In this document: positions 46,946 through 55,545 of the stretch, piece after piece
Position numbering within the stretch: position 1 is the first letter of the stretch
Layout of the letters: each line of letters begins with the position of its first letter
Origin: an uncultured Alphaproteobacteria bacterium
Lineage (GTDB): Bacteria > Pseudomonadota > Alphaproteobacteria > JAPOUT01 > G958296285
Length of the DNA stretch: 64,000 nucleotides
NCBI GenBank assembly: GCA_958296285.1
Contig: OY282459.1
Location: forward strand, 1,604,999-1,668,998
Reading direction: 5' to 3'
Translations under genes and position numbers: made by a program
The notes under the pieces: generated by a model
Databases searched by the model: none
What the model saw: only the letters and a program-made list of their open reading frames with translations
What the model was told of the DNA's origin: nothing

Positions 46946-47554
46946 CTAACCCTTCGCGGCGCGATGAGTCTGCGGCGCTTTTTCAAGATGGAGGATATGT
47001 TGGAGTTTTCGGCGCAGATTTTTTTTCGCGCGCGCGAGGAGGGATTCCACCGCCTCTATGCTGAGATGGAGGGTTCGGGCGATTTGCGCCTGTTTCATCT
47101 CCCAGTCATAGAAGAGAATGACGGCTTCGCGCTGTCGTTCTGGGAGTTCTTGCAGGGCTTTTCGGACGGATTTTTCGCGCTCGCGGATTTCCATTTGGGC
47201 GAGGACGTTTTCGCGGGGATCGGGGATAGCGAGGAGCGCGTCAGGGTCTTCATATCGGCGCTTTCGGGTTCGGTTCGCGTCTCTGCAAAGATTGATGGCG
47301 ATGGCGGAGATCCATATTTTGGGCGTTCCGGCTTTTGGGGAGAAGCTGCGGGCGCTCTTCCAGATTCGGAGGAAACTTTCCTGCGCGATATCTTCGGCGA
47401 GGATGGGGTCGCCTGTCATTCGGCGGGCGAGGGCGTGGATCGGGGCGAGATATCTATTCATCAGCGCGGCATAGGCGTTTTGGTCGCCATGGGCGATGGC
47501 GATCATAAGATTTTCGTCTTGGCTATTTTTCGCTTTTTTTGCGGCGGTCGGCAT
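46946..47554 (-). CDS. RNA polymerase ECF-type sigma-70 family factor
   Basis: Region 2 (IAQESFLRIWKSARSF) and region 4 HTH (QREAVILFYDWEMKQAQIARTLHLSIEAVESLLARAKKNL). Confidence 0.85.
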   Translation of the reverse strand: MPTAAKKAKNSQDENLMIAIAHGDQNAYAALMNRYLAPIHALARRMTGDPILAEDIAQESFLRIWKSARSFSPKAGTPKIWISAIAINLCRDANRTRKRRYEDPDALLAIPDPRENVLAQMEIREREKSVRKALQELPERQREAVILFYDWEMKQAQIARTLHLSIEAVESLLARAKKNLRRKLQHILHLEKAPQTHRAAKG

Positions 47555-47632
47555 AGTTGGTTCCTTTTTTGCCCTATCACTCTTTACTACGCGGGAGGTT
47601 TGAGAATCCGTCTCCTTTTTATTTTTAGGAGA

Positions 47633-50584
47633 TTAGGCTTCTTCGCCGATGATTTCGGCGAAGAGTTGATGGATGTCTTTCTGTCGTTGGGCGAGGGTTT
47701 TATGGAGGGTTTGGAAGTCTTTCATGCCTGCGGCGCTTGCGAGGAGGGCGAGGAGAGATTTGGGCGCGGTGTCGGGGGCGAGGATTCCGTCCAGGCAGAG
47801 ACATAGGATTTGCGTGAGCGTTTCATAGAGTTGATGGGCTTTGATGAGGGATTGGATTTTCTTTTCCGCGAGAAGATCGCGGCGGGCGATTTCTTGGAGC
47901 GTTTGGTTGGGATTTTTTCCGATCAGATCGGGATGCTGATGGGCGTGGATAAGGATGAGATATTGCCGCAAGAAATCGGCGTCTCGGATTCCGCCATATT
48001 GGAAACGGATGTCCCACTGAGATTTTGGCGGATAGGCTTTGGCGATTCTTTTTCGGAGACGGGCGATATCGGCGGCGATTTTTCGCGGATCGCGGGGTTG
48101 GACGAGGATGTCTTTGATTCCGTCATCTATGGTTTTTTTGAGGTTTGGAGCGGCGGCGACAGTTCTCGCGGAGACGAGCGCCATATGCTCCCAAGTTTCG
48201 GCTTCTTGGCGCTGATAGTGGAGGAATTGCTGAAGCGCGAGGGCGACTGGCCCCGCGCGTCCTGACGGACGCAGCCGCATATCCACATCGTAGAGTTTGC
48301 CTGCGGCGCTTGGCGCGGCGCAAGCGGAGACGAAGGCTTGCGCCCATCGGGCATAGGCGGCGGGGGCGGAGGAGTCTTTTGAGGCTTGGGATGTTTTGGG
48401 GTTTTGATAGAGGAAGACGAGGTCTAGATCGGAGGCGTCCGACATGCTTTCCGCGCCCAATCTCCCCAAAGCGAGGATGGCGATATTTTCGGCGCGGAGG
48501 GCGTCATCTTTTCGGCGTTGTTTTTGGCGCTCCTCCATCACGGTCTTTTTGAGGACAGCGATGACGGTTTCGGCGCAATCGGCGTAGGCTTTGCCGGCTT
48601 CTCTAAAATCGCATGTTCGGCGCAAGATGGCGGCGCCTGTTCGGAAGCGCTGTTCTGTGGCGAAGCGCTGGATGGCGGCGATTTTATCTTCTAGGAGGTT
48701 GGCGTTTTCCACTTGGCGGGCGAGGGCGTTTCGCATAGCGTCTTGGGTTGTCAGATCGGCTCTAGCGAGGAGGGCTTCTATCATTTGGGGGTATCGGGCG
48801 AGTTGTTTGGCGAGTCTGGGGGCGGTTCCGCAGATATCGCAGAGGAGTCGGAGGAGCGCGGGCTGGCTTTCAAGGAGGGAGAAGAGTTGGTCGGCGGCGG
48901 GGAGTTGTTTAAGGAATCGGTCAAAGAGGAGGATTGCCTGATCGGGTTCGGCGGTGTCGGCGAGATTTTCTAGGAGTTTGGGCATGAGTCTTGTGAGGCT
49001 TTGGCGGGATTTTGGAGAGTTTGTGGCGGGGAGTCTTGCGGCGTGCCAGCTCTGCGCGGCGCGGACGACATTTTTGGGATTGGCGAAGCCCATAGAGGCG
49101 AGGGTTTGGATGGTTTCGGGGTCTTCGTCCGAGCCTGTGAAGAGGAGCGCTTCGCCGTTTCGGGCGAGGGACGGGGATCGGGCGAAGAGGGCGGCGTAAT
49201 GGTCTGAGACTTTTTGGCGATGGCTGCCGAGATCGGCGGCGAAACCTCTCGCATTGGGATAGTTGAGGAAGAGGGCGAGATGTTTAAGTCCGTCTTCGTC
49301 TTTGGGGATGGCGTGCGTTTGGGCGTCATGGATCATTTGGAGACGATGCTCGGTTCGTCTGAGGAATTGGTATGCGGCGTTCATGTCGCGGGCGGCGCTT
49401 TTGGAGATCCATTGTCGCGCGGTCAGCCGTCCGAGCATGTCGCGCAGTCCGGCGCGGCGGAGTTGCGGATCGCGTCCGCCTGTGATCAGTTGCTGCGTTT
49501 GGACGAAGAATTCTATTTCGCGTATTCCGCCGGCGCCTCTTTTGATGTCCAGTCCAAGGATGGAGGATGCGGCGCTTTTGGATTTGGGCTGCCGCTCCAC
49601 TTGGCGCTTCATGGCATGCATGTCTTCAATGACGGCATAGTCTAGATATTTTCGCCAGACAAAGGGGCGGATCTCGTTGAGGAATTGGCGTCCCTGTTTG
49701 AGGCTTCCGGCGACAGGTCTAGCGCGGATATAGGCGGCGCGCTCCCAATGCTGTCCGAGATTTTGGTAGTAATCCAAGGCGGCGGGGAGCGAAACGGCGG
49801 CGGCGGTGGCGCTGGGATCGGGGCGCAAGCGGAGATCTAAGCGGAAGACATATCCATCTTGAGTTTTTTCCTGAAGGAGTCGCGCCAAGCCTTTGGCGAG
49901 ATCGGGATAGAAGCGCTCAGGCTTGGCGTTTTTTCGGAGAGCGGCGGCTCGGAGAGCGGCGGCTCTAGGATCGTAGAAGAGGACGATATCCACATCGCTG
50001 GAATAATTGAGTTCTCGCGCGCCGAGTTTCCCCATGGCGAGGACGACAAGCCCGCTTTTTTCGGGTTCGTCATTTTTGATTTCGCCCTTTCGCTTGGCGT
50101 CAGCGAGGAGCCATTGGACGGCGCTTTGGATCGCGCGATCGGCGAAGGTTGAGAGCGCGCGCATCACGGCGTCCAGCGTCCATATTTCGGAGATATCGGC
50201 GATGGCGGTCAGAAGCGCGATTTCGGTTTTGGCGCGGCGGAGACCCCGCATCGCCTCATGGATGGTTGAGGCTTTCGCGGCTTGACTGGTGTCGTCTTGG
50301 AGTTTGGCGAGCGTCCGCTCTGGCGTCTTGGCGAGGATCGCCGCGCAGAGATCGGGGTCTCGCTCTATGATTCCCGAAAGGAATTCGGAGTTTCCGAAGA
50401 TTCCGCGCAGCAATTCTCGGATGGACGGCTCATGGAGGAAGGGGGCGAGGGCGTTGTTTTTCTCCGCGAGCCTTTGGAGCATGTCGTTGGCGCGGGTTTC
50501 ATGGAAGGGTTTAGGGAATCGCCCGCCCTTTCCCTTTTTGGCGATGAGCGCGGCGAGATTTTCGCTCTGCGCCATATTTGTCAT
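47633..50584 (-). CDS. glnE: Bifunctional glutamine synthetase adenylyltransferase/adenylyl-removing enzyme
   Basis: 983 aa; two nucleotidyltransferase halves (..GKLGARELNYSSDVDIVLFYD.. and ..LGRLGAESMSDASDLDLVFLY..). Confidence 0.9.
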   Translation of the reverse strand: MTNMAQSENLAALIAKKGKGGRFPKPFHETRANDMLQRLAEKNNALAPFLHEPSIRELLRGIFGNSEFLSGIIERDPDLCAAILAKTPERTLAKLQDDTSQAAKASTIHEAMRGLRRAKTEIALLTAIADISEIWTLDAVMRALSTFADRAIQSAVQWLLADAKRKGEIKNDEPEKSGLVVLAMGKLGARELNYSSDVDIVLFYDPRAAALRAAALRKNAKPERFYPDLAKGLARLLQEKTQDGYVFRLDLRLRPDPSATAAAVSLPAALDYYQNLGQHWERAAYIRARPVAGSLKQGRQFLNEIRPFVWRKYLDYAVIEDMHAMKRQVERQPKSKSAASSILGLDIKRGAGGIREIEFFVQTQQLITGGRDPQLRRAGLRDMLGRLTARQWISKSAARDMNAAYQFLRRTEHRLQMIHDAQTHAIPKDEDGLKHLALFLNYPNARGFAADLGSHRQKVSDHYAALFARSPSLARNGEALLFTGSDEDPETIQTLASMGFANPKNVVRAAQSWHAARLPATNSPKSRQSLTRLMPKLLENLADTAEPDQAILLFDRFLKQLPAADQLFSLLESQPALLRLLCDICGTAPRLAKQLARYPQMIEALLARADLTTQDAMRNALARQVENANLLEDKIAAIQRFATEQRFRTGAAILRRTCDFREAGKAYADCAETVIAVLKKTVMEERQKQRRKDDALRAENIAILALGRLGAESMSDASDLDLVFLYQNPKTSQASKDSSAPAAYARWAQAFVSACAAPSAAGKLYDVDMRLRPSGRAGPVALALQQFLHYQRQEAETWEHMALVSARTVAAAPNLKKTIDDGIKDILVQPRDPRKIAADIARLRKRIAKAYPPKSQWDIRFQYGGIRDADFLRQYLILIHAHQHPDLIGKNPNQTLQEIARRDLLAEKKIQSLIKAHQLYETLTQILCLCLDGILAPDTAPKSLLALLASAAGMKDFQTLHKTLAQRQKDIHQLFAEIIGEEA

Positions 50585-50617
50585 CTTGTCATAGAGAGGG
50601 TTGTCATAGAGGAGCGT

Positions 50618-50791
50618 TTATGCGCCTGCGGCTTTTTTGAGCTGCGCCGAAGGCTTAAAGCGGAGGGTTTTAGAAACTTTGATTTGGATGGCTTCGCCCG
50701 TTTTCGGGTTTCGTCCCATTCTGGCGGCGCGATGGGCGATGGTGATTCCTCCGCCTTTGGAGACTTGCCGCGCGAAATCGGATTTGCTCAT
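50618..50791 (-). CDS. Short HU/IHF-family DNA-binding protein (57 aa, apparently N-terminally truncated); below the 60-aa ORF-track cutoff
   Basis: Reverse-complement translation MSKSDFARQVSKGGGITIAHRAARMGRNPKTGEAIQIKVSKTLRFKPSAQLKKAAGA contains the HU beta-arm signature RxARxGRNPxTGExIxI. An RBS GGGGAAACGAA precedes the ATG, and an in-frame TAG lies upstream. Confidence 0.45.
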   Translation of the reverse strand: MSKSDFARQVSKGGGITIAHRAARMGRNPKTGEAIQIKVSKTLRFKPSAQLKKAAGA

Positions 50792-50825
50792 TTCGTTTCC
50801 CCATTTTGCGTGGTTCCCCTATGTG

Positions 50826-51293
50826 TCATATTTTTCTTGATTTCGCAAGGATTGATGGTTTTTTTCGGTTTTTCGATTTTTTGGCGCGCCTGACGAAACG
50901 GAAGAAAACGGCGCTCCCAAAGATGAGGAGAAAAATCGGCGCGCTCCAGAGCGGGATTGTCGCGCCTGTGATTGGAGGTTTCAGGAGGATTGCTTCGCCA
51001 TATCGTCTGACGAGGAAGGCGAGGATTTGTTTTTCGGATTCTCCTCGCGCGATTTTTTTTCGTATGACTCTGCGGAGGTCAATAGCGAGGGGCGCTTCGG
51101 ATTGGGCGAGCGGCTGTCCTTGACAGACGAGACATTGGAGTTTGGCGATGATGTTTCGGGCGGTTTTTTCTTTTTCGGCGTTTGAGAGCGGCGCTTCGGC
51201 GCGGAGATTTTGGCGAGGATCGGGGGCGAGGGCGAGCGCGAGGGCGCTCGTCATGGCGATGGCGATTGGGAGAAATCGGGCGTTTTTTGTCAT
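50826..51293 (-). CDS. ccmH: Cytochrome c-type biogenesis protein CcmH/CycL
   Basis: LQCLVCQGQPLAQSEAPLAIDLR (LRCxxCQ heme-handling motif), signal/TM N-terminus. Start placed at MTKNARF (51293), which overlaps the ccmF stop. Confidence 0.8.
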   Translation of the reverse strand: MTKNARFLPIAIAMTSALALALAPDPRQNLRAEAPLSNAEKEKTARNIIAKLQCLVCQGQPLAQSEAPLAIDLRRVIRKKIARGESEKQILAFLVRRYGEAILLKPPITGATIPLWSAPIFLLIFGSAVFFRFVRRAKKSKNRKKPSILAKSRKI

Positions 51294-53191
51294 GGGGCGC
51301 GCCTGTGTTTTTTTCTGACGGCGGCGGCGAAGCCGCCGGCGGTCATAAGGATCGCGCCCAGCCATATGAGGGGCGCGAGGGGATTGAGATAAAGTTGGAT
51401 TTTTCTAGCCTCGCCCTTCCCTTTCGTGCCGAGAATGGCATGGAGATCGGCGAGCGGGTTCCACAATGTGGCGATAGCGGCTTCTTGGGTTATGGTTTCG
51501 CGGGCGATATAGTTTCGGGTTTCGGGGGCGAGAGACGCGATGCGCTCCCCATTTCGGCTGACATGGATTTCGGCGCGCCATGCGATATGGTCTTGTTCTT
51601 GGACGGGTTGGATATTTTTCAAGACGATCTCATATCCTGCGAAGCGGGTTTGTTGATTTGGGGCGAGATTGGCGATTTTCTGTCGCTGCGCGGCGCTTGT
51701 GGCGACAGCGCCGAGGATGAAGATTCCGAATCCGGCATGGGCGAGGGTCATTGGGATTCTCATTTTTCTCATAGGCGGGGGGTCGTCTAGGATTCTGCTG
51801 ATCGCGCCGGCGAGGATCCAGATTCCGAATCCCGCGCCGATTGCCGGGATGACGGTTTCGGGCGCGGCGAAGATTCCGACAAGTGTCGCGGCGGCGAGGG
51901 CGGCGAAGGCGGCGGCGGTCAGTCTCTGCAGAGCGCCGAGAGCGTCCGCTTTTTTCCAAGAGAGGTAGGGCGCGATGGGCATTAAGATGAGGATGGGGAT
52001 CATCAGCGGGAGGAAGGCGCGTTCAAAATAGGGCGGTCCTACGGAGATTCGCTCAATGCCGAGCGATTGGAGGATCGCGGGATAGATTGTTCCGATGAAG
52101 ATTGTCGCGCATCCGCATAGGAGGAAGAGGGCGTGGATAGAGATTGCGGTTTCGCGGCTGACGGCGGCGAAGTTGGTTTTGTTGCGGCTGTCGGCGAGTT
52201 TCTGCCACCTCGCGGACAGCGTTGCGAGCGCGCCGCAGAGGGCGGCGGCGAGGATTGCGAGGATGAAGGCTCCGCGGGCGGGGTCTTCGGCGAAATTATG
52301 GACGGAGATGAGGATTCCGGATCGCGTCAAGAATGTTCCGAAGACGCTGAAGGCGAAGGTAAGGATTGCGAGGCTTATTGTGAGGAAGAGGGCTGTGTGG
52401 TTTCTTTCGGTCATCATGCTCGCGTGGATGAGGGCTGTGGCGAGGAGCCAAGGCATGAGGGCGGCGTTTTCCACTGGGTCCCAGAACCAGAATCCTCCCC
52501 ATCCGAGTTCGCGATATGCCCACCAAGCGCCGAGGGCGATTCCTGCTGTGAGGAGCGCCCAAGTGATTTGGGCGCAGGATCGGATTGCGCGGATGCAGGG
52601 TTGGATGGCGTTTGTGTCGCCTGTCCAGAGGAGGGCGACGGCGTAGGAGAAGATGATGGAGGATCCGACATATCCTGCGTAGAGGATAGGGGGATGGATT
52701 GCGAGGGCGGGGTCTTGGAGGATGGGGTTGAGTCCGAGTCCTTGGAGAGGCGCGGGGTTGAGTCGGAGGAAGGGGTTTGAGGTTAGGATTGTGAAGGCGA
52801 GGAAGGTTGTGATGATTGCGGCTTGGATGGCGAGGGTTTTGATGGCGAGGTTTGGGTTTTCTTGATTTTTTCTGAATGCGGGGCTAGCGAAGATGGTGAG
52901 GAAGAGGATCCAGAGGATCATGGATCCTTCGTGGTTTCCCCAGAGGGCGGCGATTTTATAGGGGATGGGTTTTGTGGAGTGGGAGTGGAGGGTGACGATT
53001 TTGACGGAGAAATCGGATTGGATGAAGGCGCAGATGAGGGTGAGGGCGGCGGCGGTGATGAGGGTTAGTTGGGCGATTTGGATTTTTTGGGCGATTTGGA
53101 GTGGGGGATTTTTTGTGGCGCAGAGGATGATTTGCGCGATGGCGAGCGCGGTTGCGAGGGTTAGGGTAAAATGTCCGATTTCGGTGATCAT
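51290..53191 (-). CDS. ccmF: Cytochrome c-type biogenesis heme lyase subunit CcmF/CycK
   Basis: 633 aa polytopic membrane protein with the CcmF WWD-domain region (..GWGGFWFWDPVENAALMPWL..). Confidence 0.9.
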   Translation of the reverse strand: MITEIGHFTLTLATALAIAQIILCATKNPPLQIAQKIQIAQLTLITAAALTLICAFIQSDFSVKIVTLHSHSTKPIPYKIAALWGNHEGSMILWILFLTIFASPAFRKNQENPNLAIKTLAIQAAIITTFLAFTILTSNPFLRLNPAPLQGLGLNPILQDPALAIHPPILYAGYVGSSIIFSYAVALLWTGDTNAIQPCIRAIRSCAQITWALLTAGIALGAWWAYRELGWGGFWFWDPVENAALMPWLLATALIHASMMTERNHTALFLTISLAILTFAFSVFGTFLTRSGILISVHNFAEDPARGAFILAILAAALCGALATLSARWQKLADSRNKTNFAAVSRETAISIHALFLLCGCATIFIGTIYPAILQSLGIERISVGPPYFERAFLPLMIPILILMPIAPYLSWKKADALGALQRLTAAAFAALAAATLVGIFAAPETVIPAIGAGFGIWILAGAISRILDDPPPMRKMRIPMTLAHAGFGIFILGAVATSAAQRQKIANLAPNQQTRFAGYEIVLKNIQPVQEQDHIAWRAEIHVSRNGERIASLAPETRNYIARETITQEAAIATLWNPLADLHAILGTKGKGEARKIQLYLNPLAPLIWLGAILMTAGGFAAAVRKKHRRAP

Positions 53192-53225
53192 GGTTGTGTT
53201 TTGGGGCTATTGGGTTTTGAAGTAA

Positions 53226-53495
53226 AGGGGCGGCGAGCCGCCGCGGGCATCTTTGTCGCTGCCGCGACAGGCATCTTTTTCATAGACAGGCATTTTGGAT
53301 TTGCCCCAGGGGGAACTAAAGCATAGAAGCTGAAGGTGAAGGGGGGTCAAGGGGGGCTTGCCCCCCTTGAAAAACCAAGCGGGCGAAGCCCGCTATAGTC
53401 GGCGGGCGTGGCGCAACGAAGCAAGCGAGGCGAGCGTAGCGAGACGAGATTGCGAGAAGCCCGCCGACCCCCCTGCATCGCGTGAGCTCTTGCGT
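53226..53495. repeat. Composite REP/MITE-like element, copy R8 (modules A-B-hairpin-C-TIR)
   Basis: Module A with an internal 21-bp duplication (GTCGCTGCCGCGACAGGCATC); CAAGGGGGGCTTGCCCCCCTTG; GCGGGCGAAGCCCGC; GTCGGCGGGCGTGGCGCAACGAAGC...GCCCGCCGACCCCCCTGCATCGCGTGAGCTCTTGCG. Confidence 0.7.
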
Positions 53496-53551
53496 TATTG
53501 CCGAAACAGAAAAAAGCCTTTACAATCCATGCAACCGCGAGGAGATGAATC

Positions 53552-53809
53552 ATGAGTCTTGTAGCAGTCTATGACGCCCTCAAAGAGGCGAAAGTCAGCG
53601 ATCACAAAGCCACCGCCGCCATAGAAGCGCTGGAAACAAGCCTTGATGAGCCGTGGAAGCGGCGCATAGAAGAGCGTCTTACCAAAATAGAAATCTCTAT
53701 GGAAGCGCGTTTCGTTCGCCTTGAATGGATGTGCAGAGTGAATATGATTCTCATAAGCGTGTGTCTTGCCTTGCTGGTCGGCGTTCTGCTCCGCGCGATC
53801 CTCGCTTAA
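53552..53809 (+). CDS. DUF1640-like membrane protein, paralog 4 (85 aa)
   Basis: MSLVAVYDALKEAKVSDHKATAAIEALETSLDEPWKRRIEERLTKIE...RLEWMCRVNMILISVCLALLVGVLLRAILA. Embedded between repeat copies R8 and R9. Confidence 0.6.
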   Translation: MSLVAVYDALKEAKVSDHKATAAIEALETSLDEPWKRRIEERLTKIEISMEARFVRLEWMCRVNMILISVCLALLVGVLLRAILA

Positions 53810-53950
53810 AAGAGCTCTTGGCGTTGGGGGGTCGGCGGGCGTGGCGCAACGAAGCGGGCGCAGCGCGTAGCCACTCGTGGCGTAGCGCAAGCCCGCGAGA
53901 AGCCACTCGTGGCGTAGCCCGCCGACCCCCCCTGCTCGCAAGAGTCTTGA
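53810..53950. repeat. REP/MITE-like element, copy R9 with clear terminal inverted repeats
   Basis: AGAGCTCTTGGCGTTGGGGGGTCGGCGGGC ... GCCCGCCGACCCCCCCTGCTCGCAAGAGTCTTG. Confidence 0.7.
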
Positions 53951-54574
53951 TTATGATTCCTTCGTGATGTTGAGACTGTCTCTTTCTTTCAAATAGGCGA
54001 TCGCGTTTTTGAGAAAATTCTCGCCATTTTTGAATCTGCCAAGACCTGTATTGCAACTGTCGCAAATAAAATCACGGATGTTGCCTGTGTGATGATCGTG
54101 ATCGGCGACAATTTTCGCCGTGATTCCGACGATAGACCTCTTTTGACAAATCGGGCATTTGAAAGTTTCTCCTCGGCGAGGGCGATTTTTTTCCATCTTT
54201 TTTGCCTGACTGCTTTTGGGCGCGCGTTTGTCAATGTCTGTTCTGCACTTCACGCAGCTGGGACGGCGGACGATGCCGTGCTTATTGTTCTGGTTTCTAG
54301 CGAATTGGCTGACAGGCAGAAGGCAATGACAGATATTGCAGATTTTTTCTTTGTATTTATCGCCCGTTTTGAGGATATCCACCTCTTTGACTCCGCTTGC
54401 GGCGACAGTCCATGTTTCATTGCTGCCTATGAGCCAGACGACAAATTTATCGGCTTGGGTTTCTTGAATCAGTCCGATGGAGTTGGTTTTGAAGTTTCGG
54501 ATTCGCCTTTCCGGCGCGCCTCCTTCATGGAGATGCCCTGCGCCTTGGATGCAGGCGACCCACCTATGCGACAC
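53951..54574 (-). CDS. Endonuclease VII-like His-Me finger nuclease with Zn-ribbon Cys pairs; putative type II restriction endonuclease
   Basis: KIVADHDHHTGNIRDFICDSCNTGLGRF matches the HxDHDHxTGxxRGxLCxxCNxxLG endonuclease VII / Hpy99I-type motif. CNICHC, CVKC, CPIC Cys pairs. 11-nt overlap with the upstream methyltransferase. Confidence 0.55.
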   Translation of the reverse strand: MSHRWVACIQGAGHLHEGGAPERRIRNFKTNSIGLIQETQADKFVVWLIGSNETWTVAASGVKEVDILKTGDKYKEKICNICHCLLPVSQFARNQNNKHGIVRRPSCVKCRTDIDKRAPKSSQAKKMEKNRPRRGETFKCPICQKRSIVGITAKIVADHDHHTGNIRDFICDSCNTGLGRFKNGENFLKNAIAYLKERDSLNITKES

Positions 54575-55382
54575 GGACGCAGCTCCGCAGCCTTTGTTTT
54601 GCGAGCTGGATATAGTCCTCCGAAATATCCACGCCGATATATTCGCGGCGGTTCAAGAGAGCCATCTTGCAGCTCGTGCCGGATCCGCACATTGGATCAA
54701 AGACGAGCTCGCCTTCATTTGTCCATGAGAGGATGTGATCCTCGGCCAATTTTTCGGGGAACACGGCAGGATGTTGGAAGGCGATTCTGTCCGATGTCGT
54801 TCCGCCCATTCCGACGGCATAAGACCATATGTTGGTTTTGGTCTTTTCTTTTTTGAGCTCTTTAAGGTTTTTTCTATTGACCGCGTCTGATCCCTTATTA
54901 TAGACGACCATTTCAAAGCCATGTCGGACTGTTTTCTCTTTGAGGGGGTTGAAGGTCTTCGGACTGCCTTTGCTCAAGACGAACATAAATTCAAAGGCGT
55001 TGGTATAGGCGTTGCTTCGCATGAAGGGCGTATTTTTTTTCTGATAGATCATGGTGTCATGCATGCTGAATCCTATTTTTTGGAAATAGAGTCCTTGTCT
55101 AAAGCTTGTGAGGCTGCGTCCTCCGTTGATGCGGTCTCCGACGATCCATACGACGATGCCGCCTTCCGCGGTTATTCTATAGAGTCCGTTGGCGATTTCG
55201 TGGAAGTTGAATTGATAGCCTTTATAGTCGCGGAGCGAATCGTAAGGAGGGGAGGTTATGGTGAGATCCACGCATCCGCGAGGCATAGATTTCATAAAAT
55301 CCACGCAGTCTGCCGTGAAGAGTCCGCGCGGTGATTGTTTTTCCTCAAAGAGGGGGCGGTTTTGCGTTTCGGGCGGGTTCAT
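54564..55382 (-). CDS. DNA amino-methyltransferase (beta-class N4-cytosine/N6-adenine, SPPY motif)
   Basis: Motif IV DLTITSPPYDSLRDY precedes motif I DPMCGSGTS (beta permutation). 272 aa. Confidence 0.85.
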   Translation of the reverse strand: MNPPETQNRPLFEEKQSPRGLFTADCVDFMKSMPRGCVDLTITSPPYDSLRDYKGYQFNFHEIANGLYRITAEGGIVVWIVGDRINGGRSLTSFRQGLYFQKIGFSMHDTMIYQKKNTPFMRSNAYTNAFEFMFVLSKGSPKTFNPLKEKTVRHGFEMVVYNKGSDAVNRKNLKELKKEKTKTNIWSYAVGMGGTTSDRIAFQHPAVFPEKLAEDHILSWTNEGELVFDPMCGSGTSCKMALLNRREYIGVDISEDYIQLAKQRLRSCVRVA

Positions 55383-55451
55383 GGACAGGTTTCGCTTTTT
55401 GTTCTCCGAATCGCTTTATTTTACAATCCTATTTTTAGAGGTAAAGGGCAG

Positions 55452-55545
55452 TTGGGGGGGTCGGCGGGCTTCCTCGCAGGCTCGCGCTACGCGCTTCGCT
55501 CGCAAGTGCTTTTTCCTACCCTACCCCCGCGCTTCGCGCTGCTTG
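55452..55545. repeat. REP/MITE-like element, copy R10 (overlaps 3-prime end of the methyltransferase-HNH gene)
   Basis: TTGGGGGGGTCGGCGGGCTTCCTCGCAGGCTCGCGCTACGCGCTTCGCTCGCAAG... Confidence 0.55.
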
